A stretch of 32,000 bases of DNA from Geotalea daltonii FRC-32 (GCF_000022265.1 NC_011979.1:3180001-3212000); one strand, 5' to 3'. Numbered from the stretch's first letter, positions 17,201 through 27,093 are shown. Notes: generated by a model from the sequence alone, not told the origin. Numbers and translations: made by a program.

Positions 17201-18226
17201 TCAATTTCCTCCAGTTAAAGAGATAGCATCAAGTGGCCATACGGGCAGGGCATCCAGTTCAAAGCCGCAGGCAATATTGTTGCAAAGATAATAGTCGCCG
17301 GGAACGGCAAGCATCGCTGCATTATCGGAGCATAGAAGCGGCGAGGGTATGAACAGTTCAGCGCCTTCTGTTTCGGCAAAGGTGGCCATATCCCTGCGCA
17401 ATCCACTGTTGCATGCTACGCCACCTGCAACGACCAGTCTCTTGATGCCGCTTTGGATAACGGCTGCCCTGGTTTTACTCACCAAGACCTCACAGACGGC
17501 GGCCTGAAATGAAGCACAGACGTCGTTCAGTGCCGAACCTTCCATGGCAGCGGGATTTTTACGGACATAATTCAAAACGGCTGTTTTCAGGCCACTGAAA
17601 CTGAAATTGTAATTATCCTCATGCATCAGTGGCCGCGGAAACTTTATCGCCCTGGGATCGCCTTCAGCCGCCAAGCGGTCGATAAGGGCACCACCGGGGT
17701 AAGGTAAACCCATCAGCTTGGCGACCTTGTCGAAGGCTTCTCCGGCCGCATCGTCAAGGGTCTGGCCGATAGTCCTGTAACGGCCGATGGCCTGCACCTC
17801 GTAAAGATGAGTATGGCCCCCCGAAACGGCAAGGGCGATGAAAGGAAATTTCACATCACTTTCAAGCATAATGGCGAGGATATGGGATTCTATATGGTTC
17901 ACCCCTACTACAGGGATATTGAGTCCATATGCCAGAGCTTTGGCCGTGGATATTCCCACCAGCAACGCTCCTGCCAGGCCGGGTCCCCGGGTGACGGCTA
18001 TTCCTTCGATGGCCGATATGGGTAGATCTGCCTTGCGCAGTGCCTCTTCAATGACGATGGAAATGGTTTCCAGATGTTTGCGCGAGGCTATTTCCGGCAC
18101 TACCCCCCCGTAATCGGCATGGATGCTGATCTGTGAGGCGACTATGTTGGAAAGGATTTCCCTGCCATTCCTGACAACGGATGCAGCAGTCTCATCACAT
18201 GAAGATTCAATTGATAAAAGCAGCAT
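17201..18226 (-). CDS. tsaD: tRNA N6-adenosine threonylcarbamoyltransferase
   Basis: Contains IESSCDETA, the metal site GVNHIESH, and a GGVACN-type C-terminal motif. Confidence 0.95.
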   Translation of the reverse strand: MLLLSIESSCDETAASVVRNGREILSNIVASQISIHADYGGVVPEIASRKHLETISIVIEEALRKADLPISAIEGIAVTRGPGLAGALLVGISTAKALAYGLNIPVVGVNHIESHILAIMLESDVKFPFIALAVSGGHTHLYEVQAIGRYRTIGQTLDDAAGEAFDKVAKLMGLPYPGGALIDRLAAEGDPRAIKFPRPLMHEDNYNFSFSGLKTAVLNYVRKNPAAMEGSALNDVCASFQAAVCEVLVSKTRAAVIQSGIKRLVVAGGVACNSGLRRDMATFAETEGAELFIPSPLLCSDNAAMLAVPGDYYLCNNIACGFELDALPVWPLDAISLTGGN

Positions 18227-18233
18227 AAACTAG

Positions 18234-18257
18234 AAGGGCGTGATTTTACACGCCCTT
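18234..18257 (-). terminator. Hairpin between the PIN-PhoH gene and tsaD (weak terminator or attenuator)
   Basis: 9-bp stem AAGGGCGTG / CACGCCCTT with a 6-nt loop. On the minus strand it is followed by CTAGTTTATG, so the T-tract is poor. It ends 8 nt before the tsaD ATG. Confidence 0.35.
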
Positions 18258-18287
18258 ACACCTTTCGATTATTGGGGGTCCTATTGA

Positions 18288-19604
18288 TTATAGAAGATTG
18301 GCTGCCAATTCGGCCAGCTCCGAACGTTCCCCTTTTGTCATTGTTATATGTCCGGCAATGCCTTGTCCTTTAAACCTTTCCACCACATAAGTCAAACCAT
18401 TGCTTGAGGAATCCACATAAGGGTTGTCGATCTGGTAAGGGTCACCGGTAAGAACAATTTTCGTCCCTTCACCTGCACGGGTGATAATGGTTTTGATCTC
18501 GTGGGGGGTCAGGTTTTGGGCCTCGTCTACAATCATGTACTGATTGGGGATGGACCGGCCACGGATATAGGTCAGTGGCTCTATGTCCATGATACCCATG
18601 GCCATCAATTCCTTGTAGCCTTTGCTATGGCGCTTTTCCCCTTCGTGGCCGGTAAGCAGAAGTTCAACGTTGTCGAATATTGGCTGCATCCATGGTGTGA
18701 GTTTTTCTTCGATGTCGCCGGGCAGAAAACCCAGGTCCCTTCCCATGGGGAATACCGGGCGGGAGACGAGTAACCGGTTGTAAATATTTTCTTCTGCAGT
18801 CTTGTGCAATCCTGCAGCGATGGCAACCAGCGTCTTGCCCGTACCGGCCTTGCCGACCAGAGTTACCAGCTTGATGTTGTCATCCAGCAGCGCTTCCAGG
18901 GCGAAAGCCTGTTCGCGGTTCCGGGGATGAATGCTCCAGATACCTTCTTTACCAGCCCTTTTGATGGCAAAAACTTTATTCTCCTTATCGTCGTATCTAC
19001 CGATAGCCGTGTGGGAAGCATTCAACTGGTCTTTGAAACATACGAACTGGTTGGGGTAGAAGTTTTGTTCCATGGATAACCAGCCCTGGCCATGGAAACG
19101 GTCAATCACATCAGCTTCGGCTTCGATTTCGATATATCCTGAATAGAGATCTTCGATCACAACCTTGTCGGATTCGTAATCTTCGGCAACAAGGCCTATG
19201 GCATCTGCTTTGATGCGCAGGTTGGTATCCTTGGTTACGAATATGACTGGTTCTTTCTCATTTTTTGCCTTGACGTCAAAAGCCACCGCAAGAATGCGAT
19301 TATCGCCCCGCTCTTCGCGCAGCTCGGGAGGGAGCCTCTTCATCACTTTCTCTTCATAGATCTCGACGCGAATATTACCGCCATTTTCCAGCTTTATTCC
19401 TTCAGACAACGAGCCTTGCTTGCGCAGGTCGTCGAGAAGCCTGGATATTTGCCTGGCATTGCGCCCCGTTTCATTCATATCCTTTTTGAAACGGTCAATT
19501 TCTTCAATCACGGTGATGGGAATGATAATGTTGTTTTCCTGAAATTTGAAAACAGCCTGTGGATCATAGAGAAGTACGTTGGTGTCCAGTATGAAGTGTT
19601 TCAT
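18288..19604 (-). CDS. PIN-domain / PhoH-like ATPase fusion (YlaK-type)
   Basis: N-terminal PIN domain (FILDTNVLL...), then a PhoH core with Walker A GKAGTGKT and Walker B IVDEAQN. Start chosen at ATG 19604, which has AAGGA just upstream. The ORF track uses ATG 19619. Confidence 0.9.
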   Translation of the reverse strand: MKHFILDTNVLLYDPQAVFKFQENNIIIPITVIEEIDRFKKDMNETGRNARQISRLLDDLRKQGSLSEGIKLENGGNIRVEIYEEKVMKRLPPELREERGDNRILAVAFDVKAKNEKEPVIFVTKDTNLRIKADAIGLVAEDYESDKVVIEDLYSGYIEIEAEADVIDRFHGQGWLSMEQNFYPNQFVCFKDQLNASHTAIGRYDDKENKVFAIKRAGKEGIWSIHPRNREQAFALEALLDDNIKLVTLVGKAGTGKTLVAIAAGLHKTAEENIYNRLLVSRPVFPMGRDLGFLPGDIEEKLTPWMQPIFDNVELLLTGHEGEKRHSKGYKELMAMGIMDIEPLTYIRGRSIPNQYMIVDEAQNLTPHEIKTIITRAGEGTKIVLTGDPYQIDNPYVDSSSNGLTYVVERFKGQGIAGHITMTKGERSELAELAANLL

Positions 19605-19624
19605 GTAATCCTTTCCCATTCAAT

Positions 19625-19894
19625 TTATCTTTCCGAGACAGACAGCACCAAGCCCCTTGATGTGGCAAGAATCTTAAGGTAAACAGGCTGTTTCTTGTAT
19701 TCTGCATCCAGCACGACCTCACCATCCTTGTTCAATGCTGCAAGCACACGTTCCGGAGACTCTTTTATCCTGTAAAAATTATAGATGCCGGTACGGTAGA
19801 GTTCTTCCTTTTTCACCGGGCGCTCAGGAGGTAGAGAGCACCCGAAGCAAGTGAGCAAAATAAGGCAAAGTGTTGAATAAAACATCCTTTTCAT
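19625..19894 (-). CDS. Small putative lipoprotein
   Basis: 89 aa. Signal peptide with the lipobox-like sequence LLTCFGCS. No family recognised. Confidence 0.55.
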   Translation of the reverse strand: MKRMFYSTLCLILLTCFGCSLPPERPVKKEELYRTGIYNFYRIKESPERVLAALNKDGEVVLDAEYKKQPVYLKILATSRGLVLSVSER

Positions 19895-19908
19895 TACCGA
19901 TCCTTTCC

Positions 19909-21048
19909 TTAATGAATGATGCTGCGCAATGCATCCAGCAAGAAGGCTATGTCTTTGTCGGTGTTGAAAAACCCTGGACTTACCCTGACAGTCCCATGGG
20001 GATAAGTACCGATGGTCTTGTGGGCCATGGGGGCGCAGTGAAGTCCGACCCTGACGCTGATATCGAAATCGGCATCAAGATGAAAACCTATGGTTGCAGG
20101 ATCAATACCCTCGACAGTGAAGGATACGGCCCCCCCGCGAGATTCGGCATTATACGCTGTAAAAGTCTTAACCCGTGGGAGTTGTTTCAGGCCATCAAGC
20201 AGCAGGGACACTAGTTTAATCTCCTTCTGCCTGATATTGTCGATGCCTGTTTTCAGAATGAATTCCACACCTGCTTTAAGTCCGGCTATGCCCGGGGTAT
20301 TCAATGTGCCGCTTTCGAACTTTTCCGGCATCGTCTCGGGCTGTGCCGTATCCGACGAGGAAGTTCCGGTCCCGCCCAAAAGAAACGGCGACAGATCGAC
20401 ATGTTCTGCGATATAAAGAAGACCTGTTCCCTGGGGACCCAACAGTCCCTTGTGGCCCGGTACTGCCAGCAGATCTATCTTCTGGTCCATGATGTTGATC
20501 GGCATGCATCCAGCGCTCTGGGCAGCATCAACCAGGAAGAAAACTCCTGCCTTTCTTGCCGTGTCGCCGATCGAGGCAATGGGTTGGATAGTGCCGGTCA
20601 CATTGCTGCAGTGGGACAAGGCTATAAGCTTCGTTTCCGGGCGAAGTGCAGCAGAAATCGCAGCAGGGTCAATGCTCCCATTCCTGTCGGCAGAGACCCA
20701 GGTTATTTGCACGCCTCTGTTTTTTGCAGCATACAGAGGGCGGACAAGGGAGTTGTGTTCCATTGTCGTCGTAACAACATGGTCGCCAGGCTTTAACAAG
20801 CCATTGACTGCGATATTGAGTCCTTCGGTAGCACTGTGGGTAAAGACCAGGCGGGATGAATCGGTAATACCAAAGAAAGATGCCAGTATCTCGCGCGCCT
20901 CGAAAACAAGTCTTGATGCGGCCAAGCTTCTTTTATAACCGCCCCTGCCAGGGCCTACGCCTATTTCTCGGAGGGCATGCTCAACGGCTCCATAGACGGG
21001 GTCAGGCTTGGGAAAAGTAGTAGCCGCATTGTCCAGGTAAACTGACAT
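19909..21048 (-). CDS. Class V aminotransferase, cysteine desulfurase-family protein
   Basis: YLDNAATTFPKP N-terminus and PLP-lysine context PGHKGLLGPQGTG. 379 aa. Confidence 0.88.
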   Translation of the reverse strand: MSVYLDNAATTFPKPDPVYGAVEHALREIGVGPGRGGYKRSLAASRLVFEAREILASFFGITDSSRLVFTHSATEGLNIAVNGLLKPGDHVVTTTMEHNSLVRPLYAAKNRGVQITWVSADRNGSIDPAAISAALRPETKLIALSHCSNVTGTIQPIASIGDTARKAGVFFLVDAAQSAGCMPINIMDQKIDLLAVPGHKGLLGPQGTGLLYIAEHVDLSPFLLGGTGTSSSDTAQPETMPEKFESGTLNTPGIAGLKAGVEFILKTGIDNIRQKEIKLVSLLLDGLKQLPRVKTFTAYNAESRGGAVSFTVEGIDPATIGFHLDADFDISVRVGLHCAPMAHKTIGTYPHGTVRVSPGFFNTDKDIAFLLDALRSIIH

Positions 21049-21089
21049 TCTTAATCTAGTAACATTTTAAGGCATGTTTGGCAACTCTT

Positions 21090-22139
21090 TCATGGGTGCT
21101 TACTGAATAGTTTTTCCGGTTTCACCTTGGACATTGCCAGCGCCTTGAAAAGCCGATCCGTCAGTATCCGTTCGAGCTTGAGCATTTCTTCCACAGACGT
21201 AGAGACCTTATCCACCTTGCCACCCGCCATCATACCATGCCCTCCGGCTGTCCCCATCCCGTCCACCAGTTTTTTGATGATTTCTCCCACATTGGTATCA
21301 TGGCGTATGGTACGCATGGATAAAATCATCTCATTATTGTAATGTCCCATACAAAGCACGGTCTCGATCTTTTCAAGTCTAAGCAGGAAATCGGCAAGCT
21401 CGGCAACTATTTCAGGAAAGACAACCATGCGCAGGTTTGCCACCAGTACAGTATCGTATATTCGGGTATGTTTGAGGGCATTGTTCAAGGACAGGAAGTA
21501 TTCAGCAGGGAGTTTCGGATGACAGATCTCATAGAGAAGCAGTTTGTTGGTGAGGGGAAAAAGCTTGTGGTACGCTTCTCTGTCAGGTCGATTCGCCTCG
21601 CGACCCAAATCCTGGGTCTCCGATTTAATGGCATAAAAAAGGGCTGTGGCAAGTTTGGTACCGATGGGAATGTTTTCTGCCACCAGATATTCATAGAGGA
21701 TAGTCGCCGTCACGCCGTAATTCGGACGTATATCCACAAAGCGACAGTTCATGCTGGTTTCTCTTACCGGATGATGATCGATAAGAATGTCAACTGCTGT
21801 GCCAGGAGGCAATGAATTGTTGCCGACGCCAGGTTGAGTATCTACCATGCAGATCACCTGGAAATCGCTTATATTCAGAATTGCAAGGGGGGTAAGCGGT
21901 ATCTGCAGTTCTTTAGCCATGGCCAGGTTTTCACTTCGGCCAATCATCCCCGAGAATGAGAGGACTGCTTCCCTGTTCAACTTCATGACAAAAAGGTGAT
22001 TCAGGGCCATTGCCGAGGCGAAGCAATCGGGATCGGGATTATCGTGAACAACAATGAGGATTTTGCCTTTTCCCCTGACCCACCTCAACATATCTTCCAC
22101 ATACCGGTTGAGGCTGGAGCAGTCAGCTGCAATGGACAT
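21090..22139 (-). CDS. DHH/DHHA1 phosphoesterase (NrnA-like)
   Basis: Contains HDNPDPDC (DxD), LIDHHP (DHH) and GTAGGHGMMAGG (DHHA1 GGH). Start set to ATG 22139 (MSIAAD...), which has GGGAG 5 nt upstream. The longer track ORF would read through a terminator hairpin. Confidence 0.85.
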   Translation of the reverse strand: MSIAADCSSLNRYVEDMLRWVRGKGKILIVVHDNPDPDCFASAMALNHLFVMKLNREAVLSFSGMIGRSENLAMAKELQIPLTPLAILNISDFQVICMVDTQPGVGNNSLPPGTAVDILIDHHPVRETSMNCRFVDIRPNYGVTATILYEYLVAENIPIGTKLATALFYAIKSETQDLGREANRPDREAYHKLFPLTNKLLLYEICHPKLPAEYFLSLNNALKHTRIYDTVLVANLRMVVFPEIVAELADFLLRLEKIETVLCMGHYNNEMILSMRTIRHDTNVGEIIKKLVDGMGTAGGHGMMAGGKVDKVSTSVEEMLKLERILTDRLFKALAMSKVKPEKLFSKHP

Positions 22140-22211
22140 GAAAACTCCCATAAAAAAATTAATAAATTGTATCTGAAGGTGCTCCCGATACAATATATCA
22201 GCCGAAAAAGG

Positions 22212-22239
22212 CAATAAAAAAGGGGGCAGGCTGCCCCCC
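22212..22239 (-). terminator. Rho-independent terminator after the zinc-ribbon gene
   Basis: Minus strand reads GGGGGCAGCCTGCCCCC, a GC-rich 7-bp stem with a 3-nt loop, followed by TTTTTTATTGCCTTTTT. It lies 24 nt downstream of the stop at 22263. Confidence 0.6.
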
Positions 22240-22262
22240 ATCTTCATGAAGATTTTTACATC

Positions 22263-22418
22263 TCAGCCCAGAAAGCTGTTGTGATTCCTTGCCCTGTTGG
22301 CAAGAATGGTGGGATCGAGCACCTCACCACAGCAGGTGCACTTCCAGGCATCAAAAGACCTGACAAAGTCATAGTATTTCTCGGCAAACATTCGACCTTT
22401 ACACTTGGGACATTGCAT
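22263..22418 (-). CDS. Small zinc-ribbon protein, 51 aa
   Basis: MQCPKCKGRMFAEKYYDFVRSFDAWKCTCCGEVLDPTILANRARNHNSFLG has two CxxC pairs. GGAGG lies 9 nt upstream of ATG 22418. The ORF track's longer version lacks an RBS. Confidence 0.55.
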   Translation of the reverse strand: MQCPKCKGRMFAEKYYDFVRSFDAWKCTCCGEVLDPTILANRARNHNSFLG

Positions 22419-22559
22419 AATAAATAACCTCCAGAGGGTGAAATAATTAATCAAAGTGTCCTCTGTGGTATTCATCATACATGCCACGACAAAGCAGATT
22501 AGAGGGAAAGATAAAGCTATACTTATTCGACAGTAAAAATCTTTTACAATTTTACATAG

Positions 22560-23129
22560 TTACTTACTCATAAAAAATCCCCTAATTTTTTCTACCTTCC
22601 CTTCAGAGATACCTTTTACGCTTTTCAGTTCCTCGATGGAACAAAAACCGCCATTATCTTGACGATAATTAACGATATCTTTTGCTGTTGTTGGTCCGAT
22701 ACCAGGCAAGGCTTCCCAATCATCCTCTTCCATTAATCCCAGGTCAAGGGGGACTCCCAGGATCAGACGTTCTTTAGCCTTCATATAACTTATGGATAGC
22801 ACGTACTTTTTTAGCCCTTTTTGTTTAACATCCAAAATCATGCCGGGTTTCAATAATGTCTGAAGATTGACATCAGGTGCAGGAAGAAAGGCCGGATCAA
22901 TGATCGTCATATTTGTGACGGTCCCTACGGTAGAACCGTCAGGTAATCGATAAATGCCTGAGCGAGGCACATCTCCTTTAACTCTCACAGTGACTCTGCC
23001 TGTTGACCAAGAAAGAAAGGCCACTGCCGGTCCGGTTTTCGCCCGTAAGCAGTGGCCTTTATACAAAAGAGATGCAACAAGAAAGAGTGCAAAGAGCCAG
23101 ACTATGAAGCGCTGGCTTCTCACCGTCAC
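22560..23129 (-). CDS. ComEA-like helix-hairpin-helix DNA-binding membrane protein
   Basis: N-terminal TM segment ([15 protein letters not shown]). C-terminal tandem HhH motifs ([19 protein letters not shown]...[16 protein letters not shown]). The GTG start overlaps the cimA stop as GTGA. Confidence 0.75.
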   Translation of the reverse strand: MTVRSQRFIVWLFALFLVASLLYKGHCLRAKTGPAVAFLSWSTGRVTVRVKGDVPRSGIYRLPDGSTVGTVTNMTIIDPAFLPAPDVNLQTLLKPGMILDVKQKGLKKYVLSISYMKAKERLILGVPLDLGLMEEDDWEALPGIGPTTAKDIVNYRQDNGGFCSIEELKSVKGISEGKVEKIRGFFMSK

Positions 23130-24712
23130 TTTCTCGACGCCTCGCTTTCCTCATCCTTGTGCAGCTTGAATTCGATGCAATCGATCAGAGCTTGGTAAGA
23201 GGCGTCAATGATATTGTCCGAAACGCCAACCGTGCCCCAGCGGCTTTGTTTGTCGCCCGACTCGATCAGCACTCTGATTGCCGATGCCGTGCCCTGACCG
23301 GCAGGAAGAACCCTGACCTTGTAATCCAGCAGTTTCACCTCTTTGAGCCGCGGGTAGAATTTCTCCAGTGCCTTGCGTATGGCATTATCCAGCGCGTTGA
23401 CCGGGCCATTTCCTTCAGCAGCGGTATGCTCGACCTTGCCGCCCACCTTTACCATGATGGTCGCTTCCGAAATCATCTTCTGGTCTTCGTGACGTTTCTC
23501 ATCGATGACACGGAAACCAATCACTGAGAAGAATTTCTTGTGGGTGCCAAGCGCCCGTTTCATCAGCAATTCGAAGGATGCCTCAGCCCCTTCGAATTGA
23601 TATCCCCTGTTCTCCATTTCCTTGATGTTATCGAGGATTTCAAGGGTTACCGGATCTTTGCTGTCCAGGTTGATCTGAAATTCCTCAGCTTTTGCCAGTA
23701 TGTTTGCTCTGCCCGAGAGGTCGGATACCAGTACCCTGGTGCTGTTGCCCACCAGTTCCGGCCGCAGGTGTTCATAGGTTTCCGGGTGTCTCTGTATGGC
23801 GCTGACGTGTACCCCCCCCTTGTGGGCAAAGGCTGAATTACCCACATAGGGTTGGTGCTTGCTTGGCGAGAAGTTGGCCAATTCATAGACATACCGGGAC
23901 AGTTCGCGCAGCTTCTTCAACTTTTCCCCAGGAACCGACTCCTTATGCATTTTCAGCTGCATGGCCGGGATGATCGAGCAGAGATTGGCATTGCCGCAAC
24001 GCTCACCGAAGCCGTTGATGGTGCCCTGCACCTGAACGATGCCCAGGGAGACAGCCATAAGTGAGTTGGCAACCGCACACTCGGAATCATTGTGGGCGTG
24101 AATGCCAAGAGGGGTCTTGATGTGCTTTTTCACGTCCTTGATGATGTCGGCCAAATCGAAAGGCATGGTGCCGCCGTTGGTGTCGCAGAGAATGATGCAA
24201 TCGACCTTTGCCTCCTCTGCAGCCTTGAGTGTCTTGATAGCATATTCCGGATTGGCCTTGTACCCGTCGAAGAAATGTTCGGCATCATAGAAGACTTCGG
24301 GTGCATGAGCCTTGAGATACTCCAGGGAGTCGAAGATCAGCTCCAGATTCTCGTCAAGGGAAATACGCAGCGCTTCGCGAACATGGAAATCCCACGTCTT
24401 GCCGAAAATGGTGACAACGTCGGGCTGGGCCTGGATCAGAGTAATGATGTTCTGATCCTTGTCAGGCGTAATCTTCGCGCGCCTAGTGGAACCGAAGGCA
24501 GCGATTTTGGCCTGGGAAAGCTTTTCCTTTTTTATATCCTTGAAAAAAGCCACATCCTTGGGATTGCTGCCCGGCCATCCCCCTTCGATATAATGGACGC
24601 CGAATTCATCCAGTTTATGAGCAATGCGGACCTTGTCTTCAACAAGAAAAGAGATATCTTCAGCTTGGGTACCATCTCGAAGGGTGGTGTCGTAGATTTT
24701 TACCAGACTCAT
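23126..24712 (-). CDS. cimA: (R)-citramalate synthase
   Basis: Contains [16 protein letters not shown] and the HxH site GIHAHND. At 528 aa with a C-terminal LeuA-dimer-type domain, it fits the long CimA type characterised in Geobacter rather than LeuA. It sits next to aspartate kinase, as in Geobacter. Confidence 0.9.
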   Translation of the reverse strand: MSLVKIYDTTLRDGTQAEDISFLVEDKVRIAHKLDEFGVHYIEGGWPGSNPKDVAFFKDIKKEKLSQAKIAAFGSTRRAKITPDKDQNIITLIQAQPDVVTIFGKTWDFHVREALRISLDENLELIFDSLEYLKAHAPEVFYDAEHFFDGYKANPEYAIKTLKAAEEAKVDCIILCDTNGGTMPFDLADIIKDVKKHIKTPLGIHAHNDSECAVANSLMAVSLGIVQVQGTINGFGERCGNANLCSIIPAMQLKMHKESVPGEKLKKLRELSRYVYELANFSPSKHQPYVGNSAFAHKGGVHVSAIQRHPETYEHLRPELVGNSTRVLVSDLSGRANILAKAEEFQINLDSKDPVTLEILDNIKEMENRGYQFEGAEASFELLMKRALGTHKKFFSVIGFRVIDEKRHEDQKMISEATIMVKVGGKVEHTAAEGNGPVNALDNAIRKALEKFYPRLKEVKLLDYKVRVLPAGQGTASAIRVLIESGDKQSRWGTVGVSDNIIDASYQALIDCIEFKLHKDEESEASRK

Positions 24713-24743
24713 GTTTTCACCTTTATATGCGTTGTAGTTCCTC

Positions 24744-24797
24744 AGTTAAACAAAAGGCACAGAAAACATCGACGGAATCTCTGCATTTCTGTGCCTT
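24744..24797 (-). terminator. Long-stem hairpin plus T-tract between aspartate kinase and cimA
   Basis: Minus strand reads AAAGGCACAGAAA, a 20-nt loop, then TTTCTGTGCCTTT, a 13-bp perfect stem. It is followed by TGTTTAAC, so the full run is TTTTGTTT. Confidence 0.5.
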
Positions 24798-24834
24798 TCA
24801 GGTTATGTCGCTTTATGACGAATTGGCTTGCAGA

Positions 24835-25320
24835 TTATGCAGCTTTACCGGACAAGCCGAAAATATCGTGGAGCACACGCACGGCAAGTTCGGTGTACTT
24901 GGCATCTATTACCACTGAAACCTTTATTTCCGATGTGGAGATCATCTGGATGTTGATCCCTTCCTTTGCCAAGGACTGGAACATTCTGGTTGCCACACCT
25001 GCATGGCTTCTCATGCCGACGCCAACCACGGAAACCTTGCTGATATTCTCGTCCGTCACGACCTCTTTTGCATCGATGCCTTTGGCTGCTTCATTGGTGA
25101 TTGCCAGAGCCTTCTTGAAATCGGCCTTGGTCACTGTAAAGGTGAAATCGGTCAGATCTGCTGCACTCACATTCTGCACTATCATATCAACCGAAATGTT
25201 GGCTTCGGACAAGGGCGATAGTATCTTGGCTGCAATACCAGGCTTGTCGGGCACCTGCATCACGGCAATTTTGGCCTCGTTTTTGTCATATGCTATTCCT
25301 GAAACGAGAACTGCTTCCAT
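24835..25320 (-). CDS. Possible nested in-frame aspartate kinase beta subunit (161 aa, ACT domains only)
   Basis: In-frame ATG at codon 247 ([13 protein letters not shown]...), preceded by AAGGAGG and then 8 nt (AAGGAGGATAAAGATATG). This layout is known for B. subtilis aspartokinase II and C. glutamicum LysC. Confidence 0.4.
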   Translation of the reverse strand: MEAVLVSGIAYDKNEAKIAVMQVPDKPGIAAKILSPLSEANISVDMIVQNVSAADLTDFTFTVTKADFKKALAITNEAAKGIDAKEVVTDENISKVSVVGVGMRSHAGVATRMFQSLAKEGINIQMISTSEIKVSVVIDAKYTELAVRVLHDIFGLSGKAA

Positions 25321-26058
25321 ATCTTTATCCTCCTTGGTAACCATGGTTCCTGGATTGTCGTTGAAGCTGGAGCGCACATGCACATCCACGTTGTATTTCT
25401 TGGCAAATTCCACGGAGCGGATCTGGAGGACCTTTGCCCCAAGGCTTGCCAGCTCGAGCATCTCATCATAGGAGACCTTCTCGATCTTCTGTGCATCCTC
25501 ACAGATATTGGGATCGGTGGTATAGACGCCATCAACATCGGTGTATATTTCACAGACGTCGGCCTTGAGGGCTGCCGCCATGGCCACTGCAGAGGTATCG
25601 GAGCCGCCGCGCCCGAGAGTGGTGACGTTACCGTCACCGTCTACTCCCTGAAAGCCGGCCACAACGAGAATAGTCCCATCCTTGATGTCGGCACGTATCT
25701 TCGTATCGTCGATTTTTTCGATGCGAGCCTTGCTGAAAGCGTTATCGGTGATTATGGGAATCTGCCAGCCATGATATGACTTGGCTTTATAGCCCATGGA
25801 TTTGAGACACATGGCCAGGAGGGCGATGGAAACCTGCTCTCCCGATGCAACCAGGACGTCGTATTCCCTGTTATCCGGAAACTCGCTTATATCATTGGCC
25901 AGGGCGACCAGCTTGTTCGTTTCACCGGACATTGCCGAAACGACTACCACCATGTCGTTGCCGGCATCGTATGTTTTAGCGACCCTTTTGGCAACATTAC
26001 GAATTCGCTCTATTGTCCCCATTGAACTGCCGCCATACTTTTGGACCACCAGTGCCAT
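24835..26058 (-). CDS. lysC: Aspartate kinase (monofunctional, two C-terminal ACT domains)
   Basis: Contains [10 protein letters not shown] and [16 protein letters not shown]. 407 aa with C-terminal ACT repeats. Confidence 0.95.
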   Translation of the reverse strand: MALVVQKYGGSSMGTIERIRNVAKRVAKTYDAGNDMVVVVSAMSGETNKLVALANDISEFPDNREYDVLVASGEQVSIALLAMCLKSMGYKAKSYHGWQIPIITDNAFSKARIEKIDDTKIRADIKDGTILVVAGFQGVDGDGNVTTLGRGGSDTSAVAMAAALKADVCEIYTDVDGVYTTDPNICEDAQKIEKVSYDEMLELASLGAKVLQIRSVEFAKKYNVDVHVRSSFNDNPGTMVTKEDKDMEAVLVSGIAYDKNEAKIAVMQVPDKPGIAAKILSPLSEANISVDMIVQNVSAADLTDFTFTVTKADFKKALAITNEAAKGIDAKEVVTDENISKVSVVGVGMRSHAGVATRMFQSLAKEGINIQMISTSEIKVSVVIDAKYTELAVRVLHDIFGLSGKAA

Positions 26059-26139
26059 GCAAGTCCTCCTCCCTTATTTAATGAGCAACATGCCCTAATT
26101 TATTCGGAATAACCTTATTACCAAGAATCAATCTCCCGG

Positions 26140-26625
26140 TCAAAACATTTTTTCATTATCATCATCCATGAGAAGCCGGATCAATTGCTCCCCCCTGCTT
26201 CCCGAAGATGTAAAAGAAAGACTTCTGCAGTCATCACCCACATGAGACATCGTTATGAGAAGGTAGTCGTCAGGCAGCATCTCCTGCAGGCGCTCGGCCC
26301 ATTCCACAAGACAGATGCCATCGCCATGGAAATATTCGTCAAAACCGAGATCAAGCAAGTCCTGGCCACCATGCAGCCGGTACAGATCGAAATGATAAAA
26401 GGGAAGTCTTCCCGAATAGACATTGAGAAGGGTATAGGTCGGACTGGTTACGGGGATGGACGGATCGACCCCCAATCCTTCGGCAATCCCTTTGGCGAGC
26501 TGGGTTTTTCCGGCGCCCAGTTCACCCTGCAAAGCAACGAAATCGCCCCCCTGAAGAAGGGTTCCCAGCTTTTTTCCAACAGAGACCGTCTCTTCGACGC
26601 TTTTGCTGACAAGCGACCAGGTCAC
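26140..26625 (-). CDS. tsaE: tRNA t6A biosynthesis ATPase TsaE
   Basis: Walker A GELGAGKT, SPTYTL and HFDLYRL motifs. The ATG overlaps the upstream stop as ATGA. Confidence 0.9.
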   Translation of the reverse strand: MTWSLVSKSVEETVSVGKKLGTLLQGGDFVALQGELGAGKTQLAKGIAEGLGVDPSIPVTSPTYTLLNVYSGRLPFYHFDLYRLHGGQDLLDLGFDEYFHGDGICLVEWAERLQEMLPDDYLLITMSHVGDDCRSLSFTSSGSRGEQLIRLLMDDDNEKMF

Positions 26626-27077
26626 GGCTCGATCATGCTGCGGATAAGATCGATGCGACTGACGACACCCACCAGTTTCTGCCCTTCCACCACCGGAAGA
26701 GCATGAATCTGCCTTTTGCTCATGATGTCCGCCACCTCGTTCAGTGGTGTTGAAGTATTGACGCTGGTAACGTCCTCGGAGAAGATGTCACCAACAGTCT
26801 GCCCGGTCATTTTCTTCAGCTCTTTTTCAAATTTCTTGTCGCTTTCAAGGTATAAGACCCAGTCGAAGATAGATATCACCGTTGGAATGTGCAGGCTTTT
26901 GTCCTGCTCTATCAGATCAGTCTCGGTAACAATGCCGACCAGATGGTTATTCTCATTGACCACGGGAAAACTGCTCACCCTGTGTTTGGTGAACAGTTCG
27001 GCCAAGGTCCGCACGGTCGTTTCCCTGGTAACCGTAATAATATTGTCTTTTGTCATCACATCGGCAGCAGTCAGCAT
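26622..27077 (-). CDS. CBS-pair domain protein
   Basis: 151 aa with two CBS repeats (VSSFPVVNENNHLVGIVTETDLI and IHALPVVEGQKLVGVVSRIDLI). Confidence 0.85.
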   Translation of the reverse strand: MLTAADVMTKDNIITVTRETTVRTLAELFTKHRVSSFPVVNENNHLVGIVTETDLIEQDKSLHIPTVISIFDWVLYLESDKKFEKELKKMTGQTVGDIFSEDVTSVNTSTPLNEVADIMSKRQIHALPVVEGQKLVGVVSRIDLIRSMIEP

Positions 27078-27093
27078 GTTTATCTCCTCTTGG

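Noticed and set aside
21090-22247. Long (385-aa) version of the DHH gene and long versions of other track ORFs (acpS 29058, activator 31718, gltX 9760, deacetylase 5926)
   Set aside because: The N-terminal extensions lack an RBS, start at rare codons, or run through terminator or promoter elements. Internal ATG/TTG starts with GGAG-type RBSs fit the known family N-termini better.
22431-22469. Possible RBS-sequestering hairpin upstream of the zinc-ribbon gene (CCACAGAGG … CCTCTGG)
   Set aside because: Only 7 bp, interrupted by a 2-nt bulge and closing a 22-nt loop, and it covers just two bases of the GGAGG. Too weak to call.
24092-25471. 459-aa plus-strand ORF, the longest unexplained ORF in the track, spanning the cimA-ask junction
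   Set aside because: It is antisense to two genes with unambiguous family motifs and even crosses their intergenic hairpin. Its product is low-complexity (S/L/A/I-rich) with no recognisable motif. This is a typical shadow ORF.
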